Source: an uncultured Oleiphilus sp.
Lineage (GTDB): Bacteria > Pseudomonadota > Gammaproteobacteria > Pseudomonadales > Oleiphilaceae
Direction of reading: 5' to 3'
Length of the DNA: 64,000 nt
NCBI GenBank assembly: GCA_913020045.1
Contig: CAJWBE010000017.1
Coordinates: 1,493-65,492 of the forward strand
Below the pieces are notes generated by a model, which saw nothing but the letters and a program-made list of their open reading frames with translations, was not told the origin of the DNA and searched no databases. Below are positions 25,337-35,260 of the stretch, in pieces. Each line of letters opens with the position of its first letter. Position 1 is the stretch's first letter. A program made the translations under genes and the position numbers.

Positions 25337-27957
25337 GGCTCCTTGTGTTCCTGAACGGGCCTAACAGCACTGCCAAATACCTCAACCTCTTTCAAAGCCA
25401 GAATACGACCACTCGGACCAGCAACCACAAGATACTGGGATTTCACGCCTTTGCCTTCTAACGAAATACGAATCTTTGGACGATAGGAAGCGATCTGAGC
25501 GACCTGATTAAACCCTCCAGAATGACCATCTGACACCCAGATAGAGATAGGAAAGCTTTCCTGGCCTTCACCATAAATCACGATCTCATCAAGCAAGTAA
25601 GTGTTACCCAAATCAACTTTCCATGAAGGTGCCCCTTTTGCCTCAGATCTATAGCCTCTCGACTGCCAGTCGCCATCGATCGCTTGACTTGGGGAATACA
25701 AATACGGCATCTGAGGACTAGCCATACTGCTTGCAGCAACAGTGCGCCCATAGGCCAGATTTTTTCGTGCTTGTTGATCTGGCGTCTGCCATGAGTATGC
25801 CGTTGGGATATACCCCGTACCATAAAACGACTGCATCCAAATGTAGTAAATCCCTAAACCAATGGCGAGAATCCCGGTTGCCAAAACATTGCGATGCTTC
25901 GATTCAGATCGGAACCAGAACAATGCAACACAAAAACAAAAGCTAGCGAGCGACAGCCAAAGGCCTACTTGCATACTTTGGCTAACGTAGCGCAATTGAA
26001 CGGAATGGGCACCAGCAGGAATCATTGCCCCTAGATTATTGCCATTCACTTCAAGCGCCTGGGCGGTTTGGCCATTTACCGCCACTTCCCATCGATCATT
26101 AAAAGGTATGTTAGTAGCAAAAAGCACTTGCTGATGAGCGTTGACATCAAATATCAACTCGTTAAAAGACGCCTTCACAAGGTTTATTTTGTCTTTACCA
26201 GCAATGCCCTGCTCTGGTGTGACACGAATATTCTGATCAGCAAACACCGCCGCCTGACCAAAATCGCGCTCTCTCCCTAAAAATGCCCAAACGGCTTCTT
26301 TAACGGAAAAACTGCGAACATCGCGATAAAGCGTTGCCAACCTAGGCTCAATGAAACTTCGATCAAGTTGCTCCACCACGCTTTGTTGGCTCAAACCAAA
26401 TCCAGGCGTAGCTTCTGTCACAAATTCATCATATTTATTTCGGTCCAGCTGCGAGAGAGTAGGCATCACCTTATTCTCTTCAACCCACGTTCCATAACGC
26501 ATGGACAATGCTGTTTGCGAAAAAATACCCACAGCTAAACACGCCAAAACCATATTTCGTGCAGAGTGCGCCTTCGATATACACACTATCCACGCGCCCG
26601 CCAAAACAAGATTGAGAACACCAAGGTAGAACCAATAGTTGTGAACACTATTTGAAATATCATTTATTTTTTCAGGCACAAAGACATTGGAAACCGACAA
26701 ATAGCTATCGGCAAATACATTCATGATCACAAATACGGCTAAAGGCATACCGACTAAAGCTGCTTTAGTGATGGTGGTTAACTTAGCTGTGTCAGGCAGC
26801 CTTGCAACTAACCAAACGGCAAGCAGTAAAAACGGGAAGATTAGCCATAACGAATACCGTCCGGGTACACGAAAGCTATCTGCCAAGGGAAAAAACTTCC
26901 AAACCCAGTAATGTAAAGGCGTTGCGTTACCCATTGTGATTAATAACGAGACGACTAAAAATGCGAATAGAAACCAAATTACTTTTGGCGCTTTTAGAAT
27001 AATTGCAAAGAATGGAATAAGCATCAAAACCCACAAACTCAGGACCGACCCGCCAAATGCGCTCATCACATCCGCGCTCAAGGGTGCATAGAAACTTCTT
27101 AGAATACCGCCGATAGAGTCCTGATAGGCCAAAGACCAATCGTACGGATTCTCAGTTCTCATTGAGGCACTAGATAAAAATTCAAAATAAAATGGTATGG
27201 CATAAGGAGCCGCACACAGAGCACCTAAGGTCACTAACAAAAACAACCATACCCATTGTTTAAGCAGCGCAGAAATAGCAGGTACAACGTAATTTTTGTT
27301 AGGCAAACTCGCAATAAAAAACGGCGTAAACAGCGCAAGAAAACCGGCCGCGAGATAGCCCAAATATGTAACCTGTGGATGACCACCGGCCATCAGCAGA
27401 TAAGACGACGCGACAACCCCTACCCCTACGACAAGCGACCGTGGACGCAAAAACGTAAGCAACACAAAGCACCCTAACGCCAAAAATGCCGTATGATTTT
27501 CCAACGAAGCGCCATACCTAAAATGATCTAGCATACGGAGATTAAAAACAGCGTAAACAGAAAGCAATAGTGCGACAAGCCCACCTACGCCAAGGTTACG
27601 CAGAGTGCAAAAAAATAATAGTGTCACCATGCCGATCGACACAAGTCGAAGCATGGTATTAACCGATAATGCGCTACCGTCCCAATAGCCAGGCATAACC
27701 CGTGCGATATGAGTAATAGGGTGAGAGGCCTGCCCTAACGTCATCGCCGCTGCACTCTGCCCCCCGGCAAAACCAGGTGCGTACAACGGAAAAGCGCCGT
27801 GTTCAATCGATTGATTCACTTCCATCTGAGCTTCAATTGGGTAATGCGTGTAATCTGCACCAATCGTTAGGTCAGAAAACGCGGGCACCAACCAATACAG
27901 AATTAAAAACGGCATCAACAGCGCTAGTAACGGTAAGCCACTATTCTTTAAGGTCAT
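25333..27957 (-). CDS. YfhO-like polytopic membrane protein (putative GT-C glycosyltransferase) with a C-terminal F5/8 type C (discoidin) domain
   Basis: 874 aa with more than 12 hydrophobic helices. The N-terminus (GADYTHYPIEAQ...GAFPLYAPGFAGGQS) resembles YfhO. The C-terminus AYGRTVAASS...SQAIDGDWQSRGYRSEAKGAPSWKVDLGNTYLLDEIVIYGEG is discoidin-like. Confidence 0.7.
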   Translation of the reverse strand: MTLKNSGLPLLALLMPFLILYWLVPAFSDLTIGADYTHYPIEAQMEVNQSIEHGAFPLYAPGFAGGQSAAAMTLGQASHPITHIARVMPGYWDGSALSVNTMLRLVSIGMVTLLFFCTLRNLGVGGLVALLLSVYAVFNLRMLDHFRYGASLENHTAFLALGCFVLLTFLRPRSLVVGVGVVASSYLLMAGGHPQVTYLGYLAAGFLALFTPFFIASLPNKNYVVPAISALLKQWVWLFLLVTLGALCAAPYAIPFYFEFLSSASMRTENPYDWSLAYQDSIGGILRSFYAPLSADVMSAFGGSVLSLWVLMLIPFFAIILKAPKVIWFLFAFLVVSLLITMGNATPLHYWVWKFFPLADSFRVPGRYSLWLIFPFLLLAVWLVARLPDTAKLTTITKAALVGMPLAVFVIMNVFADSYLSVSNVFVPEKINDISNSVHNYWFYLGVLNLVLAGAWIVCISKAHSARNMVLACLAVGIFSQTALSMRYGTWVEENKVMPTLSQLDRNKYDEFVTEATPGFGLSQQSVVEQLDRSFIEPRLATLYRDVRSFSVKEAVWAFLGRERDFGQAAVFADQNIRVTPEQGIAGKDKINLVKASFNELIFDVNAHQQVLFATNIPFNDRWEVAVNGQTAQALEVNGNNLGAMIPAGAHSVQLRYVSQSMQVGLWLSLASFCFCVALFWFRSESKHRNVLATGILAIGLGIYYIWMQSFYGTGYIPTAYSWQTPDQQARKNLAYGRTVAASSMASPQMPYLYSPSQAIDGDWQSRGYRSEAKGAPSWKVDLGNTYLLDEIVIYGEGQESFPISIWVSDGHSGGFNQVAQIASYRPKIRISLEGKGVKSQYLVVAGPSGRILALKEVEVFGSAVRPVQEHKEP

Positions 27958-28150
27958 ATCTGAGAGTTCTCTTCTTTATTTTTCTGAGTTAGACGCGGCG
28001 CAAACATTCACCGAAAGCTCAAGCATAAATGCGCAAGCGAACACATTCTAGAGCAAAGCCGCGCAAAGCTTTTGTAAAATATAATATATTTCATACGCCC
28101 CTCACATTTCGACCAACTAATACGAAGCGAATTTTACTCGCACTACGTCA

Positions 28151-28180
28151 TTCAGCTATATTCCCGTGCGAGCCTATAAT
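28151..28180 (+). promoter_or_regulatory. Candidate sigma70 promoter for the GT2 operon
   Basis: A perfect TATAAT sits at 28175-28180, with a weak -35 TTCAGC at 28151-28156 (18-nt spacer), about 43 nt upstream of the ATG at 28223. Confidence 0.25.
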
Positions 28181-28222
28181 TCAAACTATCTCACGCCCAC
28201 TTTACTAAAACCGAGCCGCTGA

Positions 28223-29221
28223 ATGAGCAAGCCACACTCGACCGTCGAAATATCCATTGTGATTCCGCTTTATAACGAATCAGGAAATATCGCACGGTTA
28301 GCCGAAGAAATAGTAAAAGCGCTACCTCCCAAAGAGGTTGACTACGAATTATTGCTCGTCGACGACGGCAGCGTTGATGATACTTGGTCAGTCATTGAGG
28401 AAGCTTGTAATAGCACTCCTCATATCCAAGGTATTCGACTCTCGCGCAATTTTGGCCACCAAAATGCACTACTTGCAGGCCTTAGCAAAGCGCGCGGCAA
28501 AGCAGTCATTTCGATGGATGGCGATATGCAACATCCGCCCTCCTACCTTCCTGAGTTAATCGAGCTTTGGCGACAAGGTAATAAAGTCGTTTCCACTAAG
28601 CGAACGAGAACTGAACACTTGGGTAAATTTAAAACCAAAACGTCTGAGTGGTTTTATAAGGTTTTTTCATGGCTGTCAGGTGTGCAAATTGAAGAAGGGA
28701 GTTCAGACTTTCGACTGATCGACCGTCAAGTTCTTACCGAACTACTGCGTTTCAACGATGTTAACCCTTTCCTGCGCGGCGCTGTAAAATGGCTGGGTTT
28801 CGATAAACATACAGCATGCTTAGAGTATCAGGTTGGCCAGCGCCATGAAGGCGAATCAAGCTATAACCTAAAACGCATGCTCAACTTCGCTAACAGCGCG
28901 ATTGTCTCGTTTTCCACCAAACCTCTGTTATTAGGGATTTGGCTCGGACTCGCGACTAGTGCCATCGCATTTACGGAACTCATTTATATTATCGTTCTCT
29001 GGAGTTTGGGTGAAACCGTACCGGGCTGGGCATCTACCGTGGGCATTATCGCCCTATTGTTTGGCGTGCTTTTTATCTTACTAGGGGTTATCGGCCTTTA
29101 TTTGTCTCGCATTCATACTGCGCTACAACAACGCCCAAAATTTGTAATCGGAAATATTACTGAAGCTATTGAGCCTGTTGAGGGTTCGAAAACGAAACAA
29201 CCTGAGGAGCTGACTTCATGA
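28223..29221 (+). CDS. Family 2 glycosyltransferase, polyprenyl-phosphate sugar transferase type (ArnC/GtrB-like)
   Basis: VEISIVIPLYNESGNI ... ELLLVDDGSVDDT ... ISMDGDMQHPP, followed by two C-terminal TM helices, is the GtrB/ArnC architecture. Confidence 0.9.
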   Translation: MSKPHSTVEISIVIPLYNESGNIARLAEEIVKALPPKEVDYELLLVDDGSVDDTWSVIEEACNSTPHIQGIRLSRNFGHQNALLAGLSKARGKAVISMDGDMQHPPSYLPELIELWRQGNKVVSTKRTRTEHLGKFKTKTSEWFYKVFSWLSGVQIEEGSSDFRLIDRQVLTELLRFNDVNPFLRGAVKWLGFDKHTACLEYQVGQRHEGESSYNLKRMLNFANSAIVSFSTKPLLLGIWLGLATSAIAFTELIYIIVLWSLGETVPGWASTVGIIALLFGVLFILLGVIGLYLSRIHTALQQRPKFVIGNITEAIEPVEGSKTKQPEELTS

Positions 29222-29559
29222 GCCAAGCAGTTTGGTTCCCAGCTTTAATCATTGTCTATGCCCTTGTCAGTGGCTATGGCCTGTACCTGTTAAAAGCGTC
29301 TCAAGAATTTCTTAGCTCAGGCTTCTTACTTGGCTGCCTGTTTTATGGCGGGGGCTTTGTGATCTGGATTTTCATCTTACGGCTATTCCCTCTTTCGATC
29401 GCATTTCCTACAGCAGCGGGCGCACTCATTATTGCGACACAAATTGCAGGTGTTTACTATTTAAAAGAGTCGTTAGCGCCGACCACGATCGCAGGCATTG
29501 TGTTTATCGCGATTGGTATCCTTTTGATTTATGCGAATACGGCTAAAAACCATGGATAA
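29218..29559 (+). CDS. Small 4-TM EamA/SMR-like membrane protein (ArnE/F- or GtrA-like candidate flippase)
   Basis: 113 aa with four hydrophobic helices. The ATGA overlaps the GT2 stop. Confidence 0.65.
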   Translation: MSQAVWFPALIIVYALVSGYGLYLLKASQEFLSSGFLLGCLFYGGGFVIWIFILRLFPLSIAFPTAAGALIIATQIAGVYYLKESLAPTTIAGIVFIAIGILLIYANTAKNHG

Positions 29560-30328
29560 GATAGAACAGCAAAGAGAGCACTTCAATTCGGTAGCCGAAC
29601 GTTATCGAACCGCACGTAAACACGAAAATCACTTACTCCTCAAATCACTTATTTGGGAGCAATTTCTTGGGCGCCACCCAGAACTAAAGAAAGATGGCCT
29701 TGTCGTTTTAGAGGCGATGTGTGGGTTTGCAGACGGTAAAAAAATCCTTGAGACGACGCTCAATATAACGACAAATTATGAGGGGTTTGATTACAGCGAT
29801 GAAGTACTTGAAACGCTCAAAGAAGAACAACCGGATCTTAAAGTTTTTCATGCAGACGCGGGTGCAGTCGAACTAGAAAAAGATAAGTACGAAGTCATTA
29901 TTTTGCTAGGGGGGCTACATCATGTTCCGCACATGGCAAAAGAAGTCGTGGCTCGACTCAGCCAGTCTATCAAACCTGGGGGCTACTTTATTAACCTTGA
30001 ACCAACTAATGGTAACCCTCTGTTCAAAGCAGTCCGTGAAAGGATCTACGCTAAGAACAGTTTATTTGATGAGGAAACCGAGCGGGCCTTTGAGGTCAGC
30101 GAATTAATGGACTTTTTTGAAAGCAGCAATATGAAACCCGTCGATATCACCTACCCCGGGCTAAGTTCATATGTTCTTTACTACAACCCAGATGCCTTTC
30201 CTTCACTAAATCTAGGCGGACAAAAAATGGTGAGAAGCTTGTTTGCTCTCGACAAGCTCTTTCTGAGAAATACACTTGGGCGTTGGTTCTCATTTGCAAC
30301 ACTAAGCCTTTGGCAAAAGGCTGGTTAA
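29552..30328 (+). CDS. Class I SAM-dependent methyltransferase
   Basis: VLEAMCGFADG (motif I), a downstream acidic residue, IILLGGLHHV and LKPGGYFINLE. The start is either 29552 (MDKIEQQ) or the in-frame ATG at 29531. Confidence 0.8.
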   Translation: MDKIEQQREHFNSVAERYRTARKHENHLLLKSLIWEQFLGRHPELKKDGLVVLEAMCGFADGKKILETTLNITTNYEGFDYSDEVLETLKEEQPDLKVFHADAGAVELEKDKYEVIILLGGLHHVPHMAKEVVARLSQSIKPGGYFINLEPTNGNPLFKAVRERIYAKNSLFDEETERAFEVSELMDFFESSNMKPVDITYPGLSSYVLYYNPDAFPSLNLGGQKMVRSLFALDKLFLRNTLGRWFSFATLSLWQKAG

Positions 30329-30462
30329 CAAGTATCAACGCGGTAGGCTTGCGACTAAGAGGGATTACTGACTATACTTTGCAACGCCAGTGAGCTTAAC
30401 CGTCACGTTGGGTCACACTAGATCATTAATATAAATATAACATTGAGAAAAGGTGAAAGAGT

Positions 30463-30681
30463 ATGGGTGAGCGATTAGCTCTTTGGTATCGAGAACAGGG
30501 TGAGTATGTAACAGGCGCATTGTTTGGTTTAGTCGCGCTAGACATTTTTATGTTTTTGGTACATTGCATCATTGAACGGACGACTGCTGGCTACAGCCTT
30601 ACAACGCTAGTCATAACTCTTGGACTATTTTTCGTTGCCTATGTTGAACGGCTATATGGCGAGCAAGAGGCTGCGCACTAA
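30463..30681 (+). CDS. Small two-TM membrane protein, unknown function
   Basis: 72 aa with GGTGAAAG upstream and two hydrophobic helices. It is followed by a clean terminator. Confidence 0.4.
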   Translation: MGERLALWYREQGEYVTGALFGLVALDIFMFLVHCIIERTTAGYSLTTLVITLGLFFVAYVERLYGEQEAAH

Positions 30682-30724
30682 ACACCTCAAGCCAACAAGT
30701 TTGGCACTAAATAACACCTGAAAA

Positions 30725-30754
30725 AAGCAAGCACTCAAGCGCTTGCTTTTTTTT
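30725..30754 (+). terminator. Rho-independent terminator
   Basis: aagcaagc (30725-30732) pairs with gcttgctt (30741-30748) and is followed by tttttt. Confidence 0.6.
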
Positions 30755-30925
30755 GCCCTCGATTCGCTTGACCCCAATCTTCGAGACATAAAAAATCATC
30801 TCCCCTATTTTTAATACTAGGCACAGGTAAAGCGCTTATCTGGTATTAAAATTGCAAATTCTTCAATCAAGCGTCAAAGAACGGTCATACATTGCCGTCG
30901 TAGATAATTGAAGAGAAGCCAAGTT

Positions 30926-31555
30926 ATGCCACAAATTACCGCAGAACAAGCACTCCAAGTTCCCCAGCAACTAAAGCGTCAGGGAGCTCAAACCGGCCAT
31001 CAACAAGAATCGGCCCCCTCTCAAGCGACGCCGAACAAAAAAAGTTTGGGCGATGATGCGGTCACGCTGAACGCACAAGAAAATACCAATACGTTAAAAA
31101 AATTACCCGTCGAAGATTTCAAACAGTCATTGGGCAGCGACAATAGCTATTTAAAAGAGACGCTCAAAGTAAAGCTCGCGGAATTTAATCTAAACTCGAA
31201 TACACCGCTATCGATTAGCAAAGACACCTTCGGAAAGCTAGAAATAAAAGGGCCTCTGTTACAGGGCGACCTAGACCGAATCACCAAAGACCTGGAGCAA
31301 AGCCCTGCGTTTATGAATGCATTTGGACGAGTCAGTCAACACCAGCCAACATTAGATTACGTCGACAATGTCGTCAAAATCTCACAAGCCTATGGGGTGG
31401 GCAACACGCTTTTTAATTCGTTAGTCAGTGAGGACAGTCAATTTAATGGCTTAACAGATATCGCGCATCGCTATCAAACGATGCGCACGACTAGCCAGCA
31501 AGAAGCCCCACAGAACGCAGAGCCGATCGAACGCTTTCAGCTAGTGATCAATTAA
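30926..31555 (+). CDS. Hypothetical Gln-rich protein
   Basis: The ORF has an ATG at 30926 (the track uses TTG 30908). I recognised no motif. Confidence 0.45.
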   Translation: MPQITAEQALQVPQQLKRQGAQTGHQQESAPSQATPNKKSLGDDAVTLNAQENTNTLKKLPVEDFKQSLGSDNSYLKETLKVKLAEFNLNSNTPLSISKDTFGKLEIKGPLLQGDLDRITKDLEQSPAFMNAFGRVSQHQPTLDYVDNVVKISQAYGVGNTLFNSLVSEDSQFNGLTDIAHRYQTMRTTSQQEAPQNAEPIERFQLVIN

Positions 31556-31562
31556 AACGGAT

Positions 31563-32183
31563 TTACACAAAAGCACTGATGTCGCCACAACCTTCTCTTA
31601 ACACGACAGGCTCCTCGCCCGACAAGTCGATAACAGAAGTTGCATCAAAACCGCAGAATCCACCGTCAATAACAAGATCCAAATGATGTTCAAGCGAGGC
31701 GCGAATATCATACGGATCAGTCATCGGTGAATCTTCACCTGGAAGAATCAAAGAGGTACTCATTAGCGGGTGCTGCAATTCCTCGACAAGCGCCAGGGCA
31801 ATCGCATTATCGGGAATTCTAATACCAATTTGCCTACGCTTAGGATGCATTAGTCTACGTGGCACTTCAGTCGTCGCCTGCAAAATAAACGTATAAGGCC
31901 CTGGCGTATGCGCCTTGATCTGGCGATATTGAGTATTATCCAGCTTTGAATAGGTAGCGATTTTGGATAAGTCGCGACAAACTAACGTGAAGTTGTGCTT
32001 GTCCGTTAACCGGCGAATTTGACGAATACGGTCGACCGCTGCTTTGTTTCCTAGGTCACAGCCCAACGCATAGGCTGAATCAGTAGGGTAAGCAATAACG
32101 CCGCCGCTTTCGACGATATCCACAGCTTGGCGAATTAATCTTGCCTGCGGGTTATCCGGGTGGATCTGAAAAAATTGACTCAC
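31563..32183 (-). CDS. yciO: YciO (Sua5/YciO/YrdC family, L-threonylcarbamoyladenylate synthase-like)
   Basis: 206 aa. MSQFFQIHPDNPQARLIRQAVDIVESGGVIAYPTDSAYALGC...HNFTLVCRDLS is near-collinear with E. coli YciO as I remember it. Confidence 0.9.
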   Translation of the reverse strand: MSQFFQIHPDNPQARLIRQAVDIVESGGVIAYPTDSAYALGCDLGNKAAVDRIRQIRRLTDKHNFTLVCRDLSKIATYSKLDNTQYRQIKAHTPGPYTFILQATTEVPRRLMHPKRRQIGIRIPDNAIALALVEELQHPLMSTSLILPGEDSPMTDPYDIRASLEHHLDLVIDGGFCGFDATSVIDLSGEEPVVLREGCGDISAFV

Positions 32184-32207
32184 GTTTCACGCACTCCTTT
32201 TTACCAA

Positions 32208-32525
32208 TTATCCGCTCTTCGAGCCGCCCATGCAGTTCGGGGATGCAGGCGCTGCTTCAGCGTTAGAACTCCATTCCGTTGGCGTATGCAAATGCAACGC
32301 AACAGCATGTAAACCTTCGCTCATCATCGGAGTTAGTAGCCGATAGACTTGCTGATGACGCTTAACTTTTGGTAAACCCTCAAAGTCTTCACTAACTAGT
32401 ACCAGTTTAAAGTGAGTTTCTGAGTTCGGAGGCACACTGTGCATATGACTTTCATTGATAACCTCCAAGTGAGCTAAGGCAAACGCCTCGGTCAGCATTG
32501 CTACGATATCGTTTCTGCGCTGCAT
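32208..32525 (-). CDS. bolA: BolA family transcriptional regulator
   Basis: LEVINESHMHSVPPNSETHFKLVLVSEDFEG...RHQQVY...LHAVALHLHTPTEW. The true start is probably the ATG at 32525 (MQRRNDIV); the upstream 53 codons of the track ORF are Cys-rich and unlike BolA. Confidence 0.85.
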   Translation of the reverse strand: MQRRNDIVAMLTEAFALAHLEVINESHMHSVPPNSETHFKLVLVSEDFEGLPKVKRHQQVYRLLTPMMSEGLHAVALHLHTPTEWSSNAEAAPASPNCMGGSKSG

Positions 32526-32836
32526 ATCAGCCCTCACTGTTCCCGCACCATAAAAATCGAGCATACTAAAGCGTAAATTCTCGGAAAGCGAGCATATTCT
32601 GATCAAGTCGACTGGCGCCGATAAAAGCCTGTCATAGGAACGATGACAACAAAAAAACCACAGACACTCACAATCTAAACTCAACTCACACGAAACTGCC
32701 GTAGAACCAATGAAATTAAAGTCGGAAAATCTGAAAAACCATCTACACTGAATTCAAAAGAATTTAAACAAAATTAATAACATAGCAAGCACTGAGTTGA
32801 TGGTGCGCCGCGGTGTAGAATTCGGGGGTAATCAAG

Positions 32837-33526
32837 TTGAAAATTGCATTATTGGAAGACGAAGTAGAGCAAGCGCAAAACCTGAAAGATCTTTTGACTC
32901 AGAACCAGCACAGCTGTGACTGCTTCCATACAGGTAAGTCTTTTCTGTATTCAGTTCTGCACACAAGCTACGATCTTTTGATTCTAGACTGGCAACTTCC
33001 TGATATGGAAGGCACTGAAGTGCTGAAGCAAATCCGTTCAGAGTTGAACTGGCGGGTGCCAGTATTATTCTTAACCCAACGTGACAGCGAAGCCGATATT
33101 ATTACGGCCCTGGAAGTGGGTGCTGATGACTATCTTGTCAAACCTGCTAGACCCGGAGAGTTAACCGCACGCGTCCATGCTTTAGGCCGCAGAACGAGCG
33201 GAGAAACTGAAGTACAAGAAGCATTGGAAGTCGGCCCCTACTCTATCGATATGAGTCGCCGAACGATTGTTTACCAAGGAAAGGAAGTTACTCTCACTGA
33301 TAAGGATTTTGATCTGGCCGTCTTTATGTTTCAAAATATTGGTCGGCTGTTGTCGCGAGATTTTTTGTTGGAGCGTGTGTGGGGAATTTCCTCGGACATC
33401 AACACCCGAACCGTCGACACTCACGTCAGTAGGCTTCGCCGAAAACTAGACATTAAAGCCGAGAATGGATATCGGATAAAAACGATTTATCAGCATGGTT
33501 ACCGACTCGAATCTATGGGTGACTAA
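32837..33526 (+). CDS. OmpR/PhoB-family response regulator
   Basis: The receiver is MKIALLEDE...DLLILDWQLPDMEG...LFLTQRD...DDYLVKP. The winged helix is RTVDTHVSRLRRKL...IKTIYQHGYRL. Confidence 0.9.
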   Translation: MKIALLEDEVEQAQNLKDLLTQNQHSCDCFHTGKSFLYSVLHTSYDLLILDWQLPDMEGTEVLKQIRSELNWRVPVLFLTQRDSEADIITALEVGADDYLVKPARPGELTARVHALGRRTSGETEVQEALEVGPYSIDMSRRTIVYQGKEVTLTDKDFDLAVFMFQNIGRLLSRDFLLERVWGISSDINTRTVDTHVSRLRRKLDIKAENGYRIKTIYQHGYRLESMGD

Positions 33527-33574
33527 GACACAAGACCTCACTTAAATAGGTCGCTTGAAAGAGTAATTGAATTA

Positions 33575-35203
33575 ATGATGTATCTGCAGGCCGACCAAAA
33601 TATCTATCACCGACTCATCAGAGTTATTGCGCTAGTGTGTCTGTTGTGCCAGTTTCCAGCCGCGATTGCGATCGACGACGGCATGTCAGACCCCGAGGCA
33701 GATTGGTTCTATACTTATCGCCCCTCTGACTCATTTCAAGAAATTGGTCAGCGGTTCCTTAACAACAAGTATCGCTGGCCAGACCTAGTACGCTATAACA
33801 AGATTGAAGACCCTGCGAGCTTGCAACCAGGCTCTATTATTAAAATCCCTATCGCATGGCTAAAGTTTCAGCCCCGTCCAGCCAAAACACTATCCGTCGA
33901 TGGCAATGTATTAGTTAAGAAAGGTCAGCTAGCTAGATTTGAACTACTCAAATCGAATGCTCTCATCCATGTCGGGCACGAAATCATGAGTCGCAATGGC
34001 ACAGCGCTAATCAAACTCGCGGACAACTCCATCATTCGGGTCGAACCAGAAACGCACATTGCCTTTAATCGTCTTTCGCACTTTGGTGATACCGGCATGG
34101 TAGACACCCGTATTCGACTTAAAAGAGGCGGTATCATCAATACGGTCGCGCCTTTGCTGAAGGGGTCGCGCTTTGAAATTAGAACACCCTCTGCGGTCGC
34201 CGCAGTGAGAGGAACTGAATTTCGAATACGCTCGAATGATGAAGGCACGCAGATTGAAGTAACGGAAGGAGTCGTCAGCTTTGGACATGCACACGGCCTC
34301 CAGACAATCCGTGCAGGTCAAGGCGCCAGCGTCTCGCCTCAGAGCGCCCTAATGGAAACACGGCGCTTATATGAACCTCCCTCACGAAATTTTGGATCGG
34401 GTAATATTAAAGACCTTCCCGTGACACTTAGCTGGGAACCGGTCCCCGGAGCGGCCAGCTATAAGTATGAACTTACCGCCACTGACGAAAGCGGACAAAT
34501 GGTTCGTACCAAAGAAACTAACCAACCATCAGTAGAGCTTAATCACGTCAAATCGGGCAACTATCAAGTTGCAATGCGGGCAGTTGATGCAGAAGGGTTC
34601 GAAGGCCTAAATGACTCAGCAGCGATAGAAGTGGCGCTAGACGGGGACACACCAACTCTTCTGTTTCCTCCATCAGGCAGCGTCATTAATAGTGCTGACC
34701 TAAAGTTCGATTGGTCGATGGAGGACGAAGCGACGACAAAAAGTAAGCTTCAAGTATCGATAGATTCAAGCTTCAATGACTTGGTCATTGATCAGCAGTT
34801 CGCTGCCAGAAGTCAAAGCGATTTGCGCAACAAATTAGGGCCAGGCCTTTATCACTGGCGTGTCGTTGGACTGAGCGGCCAACACATAGAGTCTGCCAGT
34901 AAATCTCATCAAGTCTCGGTTAGAGGCTTGATGAAGCAAACCAAGATCCTAAGCGTAAACTACGTGAAAGAGCAGGTAGGCCTGTTCTGGAATTCCGTTC
35001 CAGAGGCAAATGGCTATATACTGCAGGTCTCTGACTCACCCAACTTCCTGTCTATTTTACGCGAAGAAAGCATTCAAAAGCCGAGCGCATTTTTGAAGCT
35101 CAGCCAAGGAAAGCAATACTATGCAAGGGTCAAAGGGATACCCAGCGATCTATATCAATCTGAGTTCGGACCCAGCGAGACACTATTTGTCCCCAAAGAT
35201 TAA
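33575..35203 (+). CDS. LysM plus FecR-domain plus Ig/FN3-like repeat periplasmic protein
   Basis: Signal peptide. LysM: YTYRPSDSFQEIGQRFL...WPDLVRYNKIEDPASLQPGSIIKIP. FecR-like: ALIKLADNSIIRVEPETHIAF...AAVRGTEFRIR. Three repeats carry W..VPGA..Y-type FN3 signatures. Confidence 0.8.
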   Translation: MMYLQADQNIYHRLIRVIALVCLLCQFPAAIAIDDGMSDPEADWFYTYRPSDSFQEIGQRFLNNKYRWPDLVRYNKIEDPASLQPGSIIKIPIAWLKFQPRPAKTLSVDGNVLVKKGQLARFELLKSNALIHVGHEIMSRNGTALIKLADNSIIRVEPETHIAFNRLSHFGDTGMVDTRIRLKRGGIINTVAPLLKGSRFEIRTPSAVAAVRGTEFRIRSNDEGTQIEVTEGVVSFGHAHGLQTIRAGQGASVSPQSALMETRRLYEPPSRNFGSGNIKDLPVTLSWEPVPGAASYKYELTATDESGQMVRTKETNQPSVELNHVKSGNYQVAMRAVDAEGFEGLNDSAAIEVALDGDTPTLLFPPSGSVINSADLKFDWSMEDEATTKSKLQVSIDSSFNDLVIDQQFAARSQSDLRNKLGPGLYHWRVVGLSGQHIESASKSHQVSVRGLMKQTKILSVNYVKEQVGLFWNSVPEANGYILQVSDSPNFLSILREESIQKPSAFLKLSQGKQYYARVKGIPSDLYQSEFGPSETLFVPKD

Positions 35204-35260
35204 TCAACTGAATAGCATTGAGCGCTTTTCACTCATTCACGGATTTAGATTCTAAAATAC

